Position numbers and translations under genes: made by a program. Below are positions 33,064-44,028 of a DNA stretch of 64,000 nucleotides, piece by piece. This DNA comes from Alphaproteobacteria bacterium. GTDB lineage: Bacteria; Pseudomonadota; Alphaproteobacteria; UBA8317. Each line of letters opens with the position of its first letter. Positions within the stretch are counted from its first letter, which is position 1. The notes beneath the pieces are model-generated. The model ran no database searches. It had not been told where the DNA came from and saw only the letters and a list, made by a program, of their open reading frames with translations. The DNA is taken from contig JAYPQH010000005.1 of NCBI GenBank assembly GCA_038131935.1, positions 27,827 to 91,826 on the forward strand. Reading direction: 5' to 3'.

Positions 33064-33398
33064 GTAAAGAGGGCGAATACGTAACGCGTCAAGCAGCGAA
33101 GTTCTGTTGTGACACAGAGTGTTGATCTCAATTTGTAGATTTGTCGCATCTAGCTTTGGAACGTCTTGATATACTGCGTTTGTTCAAATTTAGGTTTACA
33201 AAATGCTTTAATGTTCAACGCCGTACATCGTTGACCCAAGATACTCAGATCGAGGGTGGCAGTATTAAGCGCAGCCAAATGGCTGTTTTCCGTGACCTGA
33301 TGATAGATTTCAGGTTGTTCTTTGTTGGTATCTGTCCTATAGAGAGATAAACATGATATCATGCGACTGTCTTAGGTCTGTGCAGAAAATTTTATGGA

Positions 33399-36300
33399 GT
33401 GTTTGGGGTCATGAACGAATTAGTCACGAACAAAACTGTGGTGAGCAAAGTCTTAAGAAACAGCCTTTCAAATGATATCCTGACGGGTCTTGCAACGTTT
33501 CAACGTCAGCATAGGAATAATCCCAAATTGATGTCTTTGGGCGCTACGGTTTCATTGCTCGCATTGAGTGCTTGTGGTGGTGGAAGCTCAAGTCCAGCCC
33601 CTGCACCAGCAACGCAGATTAGCGGTGATGGATTCAAAGGACCTCTGCAAAATGCGTTTGTTTTCTATGATGCAGATGATGACGGGGTTTTTGACTACAC
33701 GGATGTAAATGGTAACGGTGTTTTTGATCAGGGTGTTGATACAGATTTTGAACCATTCTCCATAACAGATGCTGATGGTGCTTATGAATTAGATTTGCCT
33801 GCAGGATATGATGCGAGCCATCCTGTTATCCTTATTTCACAAGATGACACGCGTGATACCTTTCTAAATATTCCTTACGAAGGTAAAATGTTGTCCTCGA
33901 CAACCTCTACAGTGACCTCGCAAATTACAACCCTCATCAGCAGCGGTGTGGATGAAGATGATGTTTACAGCATTTTGGGGTTGAACAAAGCTGATTTGCC
34001 AGCAGATTTTAGTTTTGCTGATTTTAACCCATTCACATTGGGTGCTGACGCCCCTGCGGCCTTAAAAACAGCGGCGAACAAGACAGAAGAAGTCTCACAG
34101 CAGTTAAAAACAGTCCTACAGCTTGTGCAATCCTCTGCCACGGGTGCAGGTGTCACGGCTGATGAAGCATTTGCCTCGGCATTAAAAGCTGTTGTGACAA
34201 AACTTCAAACAGGCGATGCGTCCATCCTCACCGACGAGGCTGCGCTGGCAGATGTCGTTCAAGTTGTTGCCGATGATATTGCCACATCAAACCCAGCTGC
34301 GGCAGCAAAAATTGCTGCAACAAAATCTGCGGTGGCGGCTTCCGCAAAATTGATCAATGATGATTTCGCCAATCTGGACCTCGACACAATCGACGTGGAT
34401 GCCATCGCAAAGTCATCATCATCTGTTGATGCTGTTTCATCCTCATTGAAGACCAAAGTGGAAACAACAGATGCTGCAGCACTTGAGGCAGAACTTGAAA
34501 ATTTTGACGATGAAGTCATAGCTGCCAAACAAAACTCAGCACCAACCGATATCGTGCTCTCGCAGGATGGCTCTGCGGTAACAGGTGCTGTCAATGTTGC
34601 TGAAGGAAGCCTTGTTGTTGGTGTTCTATCAACAACTGATGCGGATGCTAATGATACACACTCCTACAGTTTGAGCGGGGCTGATGCAGCAAAGTTTGAA
34701 ATTGTAAATGGTGAATTGCGGTTCAAGGAAGCGGTTGACTATGAAACCGCGACGCAGAAAGAATTCAATGTCACGGTGAGGTCCACAGATAATGGTGGAA
34801 AATTTGTCAGTGAAAGTTTTGTGATCAATGTAACCGATGTTGTTGAAGCTGTGTCACTCTCGAATACGTCTGTTGACGAAAACACCACGGCTGTGGGGAG
34901 TTTGTCCACAAGTGGTGTGGGAGCAGGTGCCACGGTAACCTATAGCTTGGGTGGCGCTGACGCATCGGCGTTTGAAATTGATGGAGATGTAATCTTATTT
35001 AAAACCGCGCCTGATTATGAGACCAAGTCATCCTATGAGGTTGAGGTAACATCAACTGATGGCGGATCATTGACAGCAACAGAAACATTCACGGTGACAA
35101 TAAATGACGTGAATGAGGCGCCAACAGCGGTCGCCCTTTCCAGCACATCCGTTGATGAAAATATAACTGCTGTGGGCACATTGAGCACCACTGACGAAGA
35201 CGCAGGCGACAGTCATACCTACGAAATTGGTGGAACAGATGCAGCTTCATTCGAGATTAGCGGTAATGAGCTTTCCTTTAAGACAGCACCTGACTTTGAG
35301 ACCAAGTCTTCTTACAGCATCACGATAACCTCGACAGATGCTGGGGGGCTTTCATCAAATGCTGAGGCGTTTACCATTTCCATCAATGATGTGGGAACAG
35401 CCTTCCTGGAGAGCAGTCTAACAAATACGATCACTGCACGTACCGATGGTTTGTCGATCTCAGGTAATGTTGTCGCTTCTGATACATCAGATGCTAGCTT
35501 AACCTACAGCATCACATCAGGTGTTGGTACCTTGGGTACGTTAAGTTTGAATGCGGATGGTTCTTATAGCTACGTATTGAACGCCAACTCTGGGGCCATG
35601 GCAGGAGGGCAGGACGTGTTTGCCGTGACGGTCACAGATGGCACCACCCCTCAGACTGAAAACCTCGTGATTACAGTGGAAGCCACGACAGCAGCGGCGA
35701 ATGAAGTTCTGTTGCTGTCATCGGACTCAGGTGCTGTTCAGACATCAATAACAGCCGCATCTGATGCCGCAGTTGCTGGCGATATGATTTTGGTCGGTAG
35801 TGGAAGTTATGATGAAGATGTAACCATCGATGTAGGGGTAACCTTATTGGGTGCAAACCATGGCCTCTCTGCGGTGCAGTATGATGCCGATGGTCATCCT
35901 ATACCTTTGTTTGATGGTGATAAGCGCACCAGCGAAGCAGCAGCTGAGACGCATATCAACGGCACACTTACCGTTGCATCATCGGACGTTGTTGTTGATG
36001 GTTTTGTCTTGCATCATGCTGATGGTCCCCTCACGTTCGCCCAGGTTGAAGGTTTGGATAATATTACCCTGACCAATAACTATATTACGGGGTATTTGGC
36101 CGGGAATGCGCCAAGTTATTTTGCGGGCTACGAAGGCACGACTTCAAAAGCTACTGGTTGGGATATTAGCAATAACTTTATTGGTGGGGTTGTCACAACC
36201 GCGGACAATTATGGATCCGGTTCTCTATATTTAGGTGGTTTGAATCGTCGTCTATTTCGGATAATGCTTTCTGGCGTCCAGCTGCAGCACATCTTTACAT

Positions 36301-37273
36301 CGATTCGGGTACAGACCTTACCATTGATGGAAACTATTTCTATCATGGCTTACATGCCGCAGGGGCTGACTTCGATGGCTACGCTGCTGAATTCTACGGC
36401 GGCACCGGTTATGGGTATGGTAGTGAAGATGGTACAGGTTATGGCTATGGATTGGGCTATGGCTACGGAACTGGTTATGGCTATGGCTATGGCTATGGCT
36501 ATGGCTATGGTGGTTCTGCCGATGATTATTACGGTCGTAACTATTGGATGGAATTGAAGGGTGTGAACAGCGACATCACGATTTCCAACAACGATGGTGC
36601 CTTTAACTCAGGTGGTATCCAGATTTTTGCTGATGATGCTGATTATGCATTCTCCAACATAACCATTACAGGCAACAATTTTGATGACATGATCAATGCC
36701 GATCCTGGTCAATATCTAGAGACCACAGCGTCACGTCATAAGTCTGGCTTTATGGGTGCTGTTTCTGTTTCAGCTAATGAGGGAACCGTTGATGGTTTGG
36801 TTGTTACCGGTAACAGTGCAACGGTCGGCTCAGATATGATTTACTCAGCGAATGATGTGTCAGGCTTGGTACAGATCGTCGGTGATGTCACCAATGTCAC
36901 CATTGGAGATAATGACCTTAATTGGTTGGCAACGGATGAGGACATTAGCGGGGTAACCCCAGCCAGTGCTTACAAAGCGACATTGGAAGGGGTGTCTTTG
37001 AATGGTGGTATCAACGGTACAGTTACAGTTGCTGGCAATGATATTGATTTTGCAACGGATGAACTTCAGGAAATTGGTATTTACATCGCTGAAACCCGTG
37101 GGGGAGCTGCAGGTACCTATTCAGCGACAACCACCATTGCAGATACCAACAATGTTGATTTTGCTGGTGGTGCCGATACTCAGTATGATGTCATCTTTGA
37201 TGGTGTGTCTGGTAATGAGCATGTCACGATTGAGGAGCTTCCATTAGCCTGTCACTTTTCAGATATCATCTGA
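33399..37273 (+). CDS. Large surface lipoprotein/adhesin: three cadherin-like repeats, Ig/VCBS-like domain, beta-helix with Gly-Tyr tract (frameshift near 36245)
   Basis: Lipobox LSAC-GGG; repeats with YSLSGADAAKFEI..DYET..V.STD.GG..F.INV.D; GTLSLNADGSYSY; Asn/Thr-rich beta-helix; 33399 ORF joins the frame of the 36452 ORF. Confidence 0.85.
36408..36512 (+). repeat. GGCTAT-type hexanucleotide tandem repeat encoding (Gly-Tyr)n
   Basis: ggttat-(ggctat)x5-ggt core at ~36473-36511 with degenerate copies upstream. Confidence 0.9.
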
Positions 37274-37286
37274 TACTGAACAGTTC

Positions 37287-38107
37287 ATGGGTATTTTTTT
37301 GATGATGAAATCACGGGCAACCATCTTGGTTGCCCTCCTTATTTTAAGTCCTTCGATTGCTTTGGCTCAAGACGCCCTTGAAACCCTGAGGGCTATGAAC
37401 CTTCGTGCGGCTAAGCTTGCCTCACCATCCTTGTTTGGGATCCCTTCAGCCGGTACCATGGGGCACAGACGTTCCTTTGTGGCTGGCAGTGCAGCCACAC
37501 AAAGTCGTACCGATACAGGTGATCTAAAACTAGACGCCTCAGCAGCGCTTGGCTTGGGCTTGGCAATGCCGTTAAAACAGTCGGCCTTGATGCATACCTC
37601 GGCATTATATCTGTCAACCCAGAGGGAAAAAATGGTGGGTTTGGCGTTGGTGAAGATGGTAATGTTTCGTTGAAATTGGGTAAGGCGTTTTACACAAATG
37701 AACTCGACCGGTTTTCCATTGCTATTGGGGGTAATAACCTGATTGCTTGGGGGGATGCTGAAGAAATTGACGAAAATATATTTGCTGTAGGATCCTATGC
37801 TACAGCTGTGATGATCAACGATCATGCATATGGTGTCAGTATCTCATTAGGTGCTGGCACAAAACAAAAATCTTCTACATCATTTGGTGCATTCGCAGGC
37901 TTGGGGTTTAAGGCACATCCTTCTGTAGACTTTGCACTAGGATTTAACGCCAATAGATGGGTTGCTGGCATCACGGTACCTTTAGGGGAACTCATAGATG
38001 TTGAGATCGGTGACGGAATCTATTTGCAGGTTGGTGTTGATGATGTGCTTGATGATCAAGAAAACAGAAGAGGGGTGATGAATGTATCAATTCCGTTCCA
38101 AATTTAA
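37287..38107 (+). CDS. Hypothetical outer-membrane beta-barrel protein (frameshift near 37560)
   Basis: Signal peptide ALA; restoring one base gives LGLGFGNAVKTVGLDAYLGIISV..GNVSLKLGK, continuous with the 37670 ORF; amphipathic strands, C-terminal MNVSIPFQI. Confidence 0.65.
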
Positions 38108-38645
38108 GTCTTTGGCCCTCGCAACCGCTTTTTTGAGTGCTGGTCAGGTCTTCGCAGGTCAGCTGGGGGTTCTTGATGAGAATGTGATTGTTATCACCCC
38201 ACAACCCTTACCAGAAATCAACACGCCCGTGGTGGAAACCCCTATTGTATCCACCCCTGTCATCAACACACCAACTGTTAGCACTCCATCTGTTTCTGTA
38301 CCTACCGCACAGACGCCCGTTGCACCTGTATTTGTACCTGGTGGAGGCAATGCTGCACGAAATATGGGTGCTGGAATGAGCGATCCAGTGGGATTTCTTT
38401 TGAATGCTGCTAAAGAACCAGAGATGTCGCGGGGATACTCCGCCATGGCGTCTATGTTGGCAGGACAACGGCTGAACCAAGCTTCTTTATCACAAGGTCT
38501 TAAAGGGTTGTCCAAAAAAGGAACAGCAACAAGCACAAAAATATCTCGAGCAACTTCAAAAAAGTCAGCTTTTACCAGAGCAAGATCGGTTGTTATTACA
38601 GGCGTTAACATCCCAAATTCAACAACGGTAAGTGATGATTGTTAG
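38082..38645 (+). CDS. Hypothetical secreted protein with Pro/Thr/Val-rich repeats
   Basis: Signal peptide VFA; INTP-VVETP-IVSTP-VINTP-TVSTP pentapeptide repeats; basic C-terminus. Confidence 0.65.
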   Translation: MYQFRSKFKSLALATAFLSAGQVFAGQLGVLDENVIVITPQPLPEINTPVVETPIVSTPVINTPTVSTPSVSVPTAQTPVAPVFVPGGGNAARNMGAGMSDPVGFLLNAAKEPEMSRGYSAMASMLAGQRLNQASLSQGLKGLSKKGTATSTKISRATSKKSAFTRARSVVITGVNIPNSTTVSDDC

Positions 38646-38794
38646 AAGTTGGCTGCTACACTTATTTTAGTAAAACGGCTGAATTGATCTTAATTTGTTG
38701 TGATGTCCTTTTCGCTAGGGTTGAACTGATCAAGGCTTGCCAATTCCCATGAAACCCGTTATCCAGTGCGCTCTGCAAAGGAATTCCTTTGTGA

Positions 38795-38871
38795 GCACCG
38801 GTAGCTCAGCTGGATAGAGTACTTGACTACGAATCAAGGGGTCGGGAGTTGAATCTTCCCTGGGTGCGCCA
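38795..38871 (+). tRNA. tRNA-Arg(ACG)
   Basis: GCACC..GGTGC-GCCA acceptor, D arm TAGCTCAGCTGGATAGAG, anticodon arm CTTGA-CTACGAA-TCAAG; T loop reads GTTGAATC (one base missing, probable error). Confidence 0.93.
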
Positions 38872-39355
38872 CATCATCATCAAATGCAACGTATGAAACC
38901 TTTACGTTTTTACATGCTGAGTTCATGCGGGTTTTTTGCTAACATGAATTAAATATTTGTTCAGGGTTTTCATGAAATTGTAGAGATGTTGCAATTCATG
39001 TCACACATGTCGTGACACACCAAAAATACTATTATTAGTCATGGCTTAATTGATCCTACATTGCAGATCTTAAGTATGGGCGCATGGCTCGTGAAATGAT
39101 GGCCTATGGTGTTAATACTCATATATAAGAAATAAATGCAGCATGTGCAAAATTTGATAAAATTACTGATCACTTTGGTCTATAAAAATGATCCCTTGTA
39201 TTCCTTCAGTTATGTTTTTGGCATTTGTGTTCTTGGCAGAAATCACGTCAAAATTTGTGGTGAACAAAAATAGTTATCTCAGCGTGAGGATTTCAGAGGG
39301 TTTCAAAATTTGCATCTGTATCCATCGTTGTTATCTTTCTTGACTGTAAAATTCT

Positions 39356-40602
39356 TTGGTTGGCGTATGGATGTTTTTTTATGTTTTTGTCTGTTTTTTC
39401 TTCATTGCCATTTTGATGTCACTTGCGGCTTTTCAGGTTAATCCTCTTATGCGCTGGCTGGATGTATTTTGTTGGAGAGATACAAACGGAAGAGGTGTTG
39501 GCAAAGTGCCCAAAGCCTGCAGACCTGGAGAACAAAGAATAGGGCTTTTATGTTATGATCAATGCCCTAAGGGAATGAAACGTGTTGGATTTGATTGTCA
39601 CTCTCATCTGCCCAGATAATATGCGCAATGATGGCCTTTTTCTGTAGAAAAACAGGTTATAACAGGGTGCTGGTAAACTTGCGAAAGTGAATCACATATG
39701 GCAAAGAATTGCGAAAATGGCTGCTTTATGGTATCAAAAATGAAGCGGGATACAAAGGAGTTGCCACACAGTGCAGGCCAACGAGTAAGCCAGATTGTGA
39801 AAAGTTGCAAGTGGTATTGCCCCACTTTCTTGTGCCAAGCGCATACAAATCGGAAAACCTGAAGTAGGGGTTTGTGGCGTAGGGCAGGAGCGTGAAAACT
39901 GCGTTACCCCAATTGTCCAAGAGGTTTTAAAGGTGTTGGTCCTGTCTGTTGGGCTGATATCCCTGGATGGTTCAACCGTGAGCTGCGGCCGCCAAAAGCA
40001 AAAGATTGTGCCACAAACCATCGTGAACATGTTTGCAGGTGTTGGTGAGGCAGTGTTATCGATTGCCACCATGGGGGGATATGGGGCTGCAGGAAAAGCT
40101 ACGGATGCTGCAGGAATGGCTGCCGATGCCTCTAAAGCCGCAAAAGCAAAATTCTTTACAAGACAGCTGAATAAAATGAAGAAAGGTCTCGCGAAAGCAA
40201 AAAGTGGTATCGCCAAGCAAATGAAGGAAATTGATCAATTAGATCAAAAAATTATCGCTTTGGCCAAAAAACAAGCCAAAAATGAAGTGAAGAAGTTGCA
40301 ACGCCTTGTTGCACGTAAAACTGACATGATGAACAGATTGAAACTTGCCAATCAGAAAGTGGATCAAATCAACAAAGCTATCGAACAAGCAGAAATCGAT
40401 GAGAAATCGGGTGCGACTGGATGCGTCTCGGGAAGCCTGAGGGGTTGAGATAGCCAAGCAGACACTTGATATTGTGGCGATGGTTGATCCTACGGGGTTG
40501 GTAGGGGCTGCAAATGCTTTTGTATTCCCAAAATGTAGCCAATTGTTTTTTAGATCAGGCTTGCAAAAGAACATGACGGTCGCGCAATCAATAAGGCCTT
40601 AA
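39356..40602 (+). CDS. Secreted Cys-rich protein with C-terminal helical/coiled-coil region (multiple frameshifts)
   Basis: Fragments CWRDTNGRGVGKVP, GLLCYDQCPKG..RVGFDCHS, CPDNMRNDGLFCRK, YPNCPRGFKGVGPVCW, then Ala/Gly-rich helix, coiled coil and IVAMVDPTGLVGAANAFVFPKC. Confidence 0.7.
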
Positions 40603-41002
40603 TGATAGGGGTTTTGGGCCAAGAGAATGACAGATATCAAAACCATTATGCTCTCAAGGTGCATATGGGGCTAAATGCCGCGTGCGTCGCTGTTTTTGCT
40701 CATCGATATGTGAACATTTATAACGTTTTGATAAAAACCTATGGGCATAAAAACCAACCAGACGATCAGATGGTCGTAGATGATAACATAAATGAGAATG
40801 TGAAGATGGTGTCGACTTGTTGTCCATCGCTCCAAGATAATTGTGGATCTTGAACCCTCAAGAACATACATCGTTCGTGAGGTAGTATTGTGGGAAGAAA
40901 TTTGTATCTGTTTTCTATGTGATGAGAGGATCTTACTAGATGGCTCATCACATAGGTTTTTTGTGGCCCAGTATTTTTTGTTGGGCTTGACTGAAGTCAA
41001 GC

Positions 41003-41709
41003 TTATTTTCGCATATAGAGTGATGGGTAAGGAGCTGATGTATTTTCAAATTGAAAATGCTTAGAGCCATTTGCTTTGAACTTATTTGTTGCGCGTAGTG
41101 CGGTATACATAAGTGCTGAAGCTGCACGGCATACGGCTTGGTTTGTGTTGCTGTTGCGGTATCTTTTGTCGCAAAAACCGTCCATGGCTGTTTTCATGTG
41201 ATCGTCACAAGTTTTTTGATTCCGGCCATTGGTGGCTGGTTCATGATGGTAGCAATGGTCATGGCGAACGCAGGCTGCATGAAAAAACCTTCCCCAAGTA
41301 ACGTAATTTGTCCCGTTGGTGGTGGTTGAGGGGTCCCCGGCGCTTGTCCTGAGCATCCATCATGAAAAAACGTGTAGGTGGTGCTCCGGCCTGCCACTTT
41401 CGCCTTTAATTCACATACCCCACCGGGGCTTTTTCGTTCCCATAATTTTCCAGTGCTTGTGGTGTAATTCCCAGAAAACCATTTCACGGACACGACTGTT
41501 GTGCTTGTGTTCCATTTACGGTTGGGAAGCCAGTACGCATAGCCTGTCTCGCCTTGTAATGTGCATTGTGACTGGCGCCATGATGTATTTTTCCCACCAG
41601 CGGTGTTTTCTGCAGCTTTTGCTGCGGTGAGTGCTCCGCTTAAGATGAGCAATCCCACAAATAAAAACATCCTGGCGCTGTGTTTTGTCCAAGAATAAGT
41701 CTGGGTCAT
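41003..41709 (-). CDS. Secreted phospholipase A2 (prokaryotic/fungal type), frameshift near 41335
   Basis: RBS AAAGGA, signal peptide AKA, DGCS, FHAACVRHDHCY (CxxHDxCY), CDDHM, C...MYTALR. Confidence 0.8.
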
Positions 41710-42158
41710 ATCAAATCCTTTCTTTGGTTTGGGGCGTATTTCGCACATCAAATTCGCCTTCAACATCTTATGCTGACAGTTAAGGATATGAATTTCAACA
41801 AAAATACGAATTGGGATTGTAAAGTTTGTATTCCAAAAGGTGTGGTGTTTGGGATTTATGAGCGCAAAATGAGATGACTATTGGGGAAATCGTGCCTTCT
41901 TGGTTCAACTATTGGCCAAGTTTTTGTGCGGGAAAACCAAAGCTTTAAGCAAACTTTTTTGACCATTTGGGTTTAAGAAAATGCCAAAGATCACCTAGGC
42001 GTGACTGTCGCTTTCAATTGCTTATTGCTTCACAATGAAGGAGCATAAGGTTTTTGCATGCAAGAAAACCCAATCAGTTGGCGCGTTCGATATTGGCATA
42101 TTCCCATAGTTTTCCAGTGGGGTAATACGCGCTTCCTGCTTGTTGGTTGCCGCCATCT

Positions 42159-43270
42159 TTAAGGTGCAGTGCTAGGGCACGTTTGTAAGCGGGCTTTGTC
42201 ATGGTATGTTTTGAAATCGTGGAGAATTCTTACACCTAAACCATCATTTTTGATTTGATCTATGGTTGCAATATGACCTCCCAAACGCAGAGGAAGAAGT
42301 CTTCCAATATGGGTATAACCTTTAGATTCAAATGGAATTTTGGTAACAGGATCTTCAACAAGTGTCACACGGAAGTGATAAGGAATGAGCCTTTCATAAA
42401 CTCGTCTGAATTGTGCATTGCCAACCCGTGGCGTGCCCGCAACATAAACCCTCACGTTGGCGGTATTATTCAACCATCTTTGCAAATCAGGCGCCGCCAA
42501 AGTTGCCAAAGCAGAACCCAAACTAAATCCAACAGAAAAGTACTGGTATTGTGCATGATCTGGGTTTTCTCTTTTGAACTGTAAAAACCGAGTTTGAATT
42601 TCTGAACGAAATTTTGAATATTCCGTCAAAAAGCCTGTATGAACGCCAACATTAGCTCCCAACCAGTTAAAATTGGTGAATTTTGCTTTGAGATCTGTGC
42701 CAACGTTTGCCTAACGTCTCAGACGGGTCACTTCGTGCCTCGAAACGATACGACAAATCTTTTTCATCATGGGATGGTAAGCGACGTATCCTTGGCCTCC
42801 TTGTGAAGGCTTCATGACAGAGCCTAAAAGACGCCATCCATGACGACCGATGGTTTGCTGGATTTGGTTTGGGTTTTTGATGGACACCCAATCCATATGC
42901 TGAAGGGCTGACAGAGATGTTTTTACCATGTCAGGACCATAAACATTGGTTGTGCTGAGATAGGCACCTTTGTGCTTGTAAAATTTGCACCTTGGGGCGC
43001 TTTGGCAACACCGGTTGGTTTTTTCTGGGTGGGATCTAACTGGTAGGCATTTTTGTTGATGCCAGTGGGTTTTTGGACGGTTGACGATGATTGGCTGTTT
43101 CCAAGGCTCTGGGTACGTTTTGGTGTGGCTGTTTGTGACGTTGTATTCTGTTGGATTAACGAAGGTTTTTGTGCCTGTGGACCTGCGGTTTTTGATGTCT
43201 GGGCGTGGACAAATGGTTGGAACAAGATCATGGAGACCATAGCTGCACATAATTGATATTTCATCGTCAC
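42159..43270 (-). CDS. Secreted class 3 lipase (multiple frameshifts)
   Basis: Signal peptide VHA, Gln/Thr/Lys linker, VVSFRGT (shifted frame), VHTGF, GFSLG nucleophile elbow, GTPRVGN, DPVTKIP, YTHIG, distal His. Confidence 0.82.
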
Positions 43271-43807
43271 ACCCTTTGAATTTTATATGGATTGTTAGTC
43301 TAATGCGTGAAATATTTATTTTTCAAGAACTTATATTGAGCATTATGTGATGTAGGCAGTATTCAAAAGACTTTTGAAATGCCTTATTATCTCATAACAG
43401 GATCAAAATGGTTGAGCATTTTTCCGATGGGCCTTGCTGGATGAAGCTTTGGTGATGCCTTTTTCTGATGTTGTTAACGGCTTTGTACCATGGGCTGAGA
43501 ACTTTATCCCATATGATCGGCGTGGGGTGGCAAAATATCATTTCAACATTTTGACAGGGAAATGTTGTCCTAAACGTTCAGGTTGAGCATTTGCCCGTTA
43601 TCTAAGAAATTTATACACTCTTTGGCCGTTTTTGGAGCTTCAAGAATCCTCACAAATGACATGCTTGAAACATCCCTGAACATCTCCTTGCTCAAAAGAT
43701 AATTTTTATCTCATGGCAAGCCATTTTTTATGTTGCGAAGCGGTTTTGATAGGCATATAGCCTATGAGAGATTCTCAAGGGTGTTTTGCACCCTTAGTGC
43801 GGAGCAG

Positions 43808-43823
43808 TGCTCAAATTTGAGCA
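43808..43823. promoter_or_regulatory. Perfect 16-bp palindrome, candidate operator
   Basis: TGCTCAAATTTGAGCA about 205 bp upstream of the MarR-type gene. Confidence 0.5.
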
Positions 43824-44028
43824 AGTTAATCTTCATTTCTATGTTTTCGCATCTATTGAAATCCAACCTGAATGCTACCTGCATGCAACGTCTCGTGATG
43901 AAAGACCGGAAAAGGTAACAAGAAGATGTCTAATTTTTTTGATTTTCTTGATTTCGTGCGTGACGACATATTCGTCAGAAAGAACTGAGAGATGGTATTT
44001 AGTTTATGATATTGGTGGCAGAGAGGTC

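Noticed and set aside
34540-35400. ~270-300 bp imperfect direct repeats as CRISPR or DGR template/variable repeats
   Set aside because: They are in-frame cadherin-domain repeats; no spacers, cas genes or reverse transcriptase
36250-36557. MAMAMAMA repeat at the end of the 1052-aa ORF
   Set aside because: Wrong-frame reading of the (Gly-Tyr)n tract after the frameshift near 36245
2617-37670. Single frameshifts in SBP, SDR, OafA, GMC, SLBB, adhesin and barrel genes as programmed frameshifting or phase variation
   Set aside because: Several fall in short homopolymers and they hit unrelated genes; sequencing indels are the simpler explanation
41003-43270. PLA2 and lipase as T6SS Tle effectors with immunity genes
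   Set aside because: Both have Sec-type signal peptides; no vgrG/PAAR/adaptor or adjacent immunity ORF
38795-44000. Prophage or ICE integrated at tRNA-Arg
   Set aside because: No integrase, phage or conjugation genes, and I did not spot a duplicated tRNA 3' end in the window
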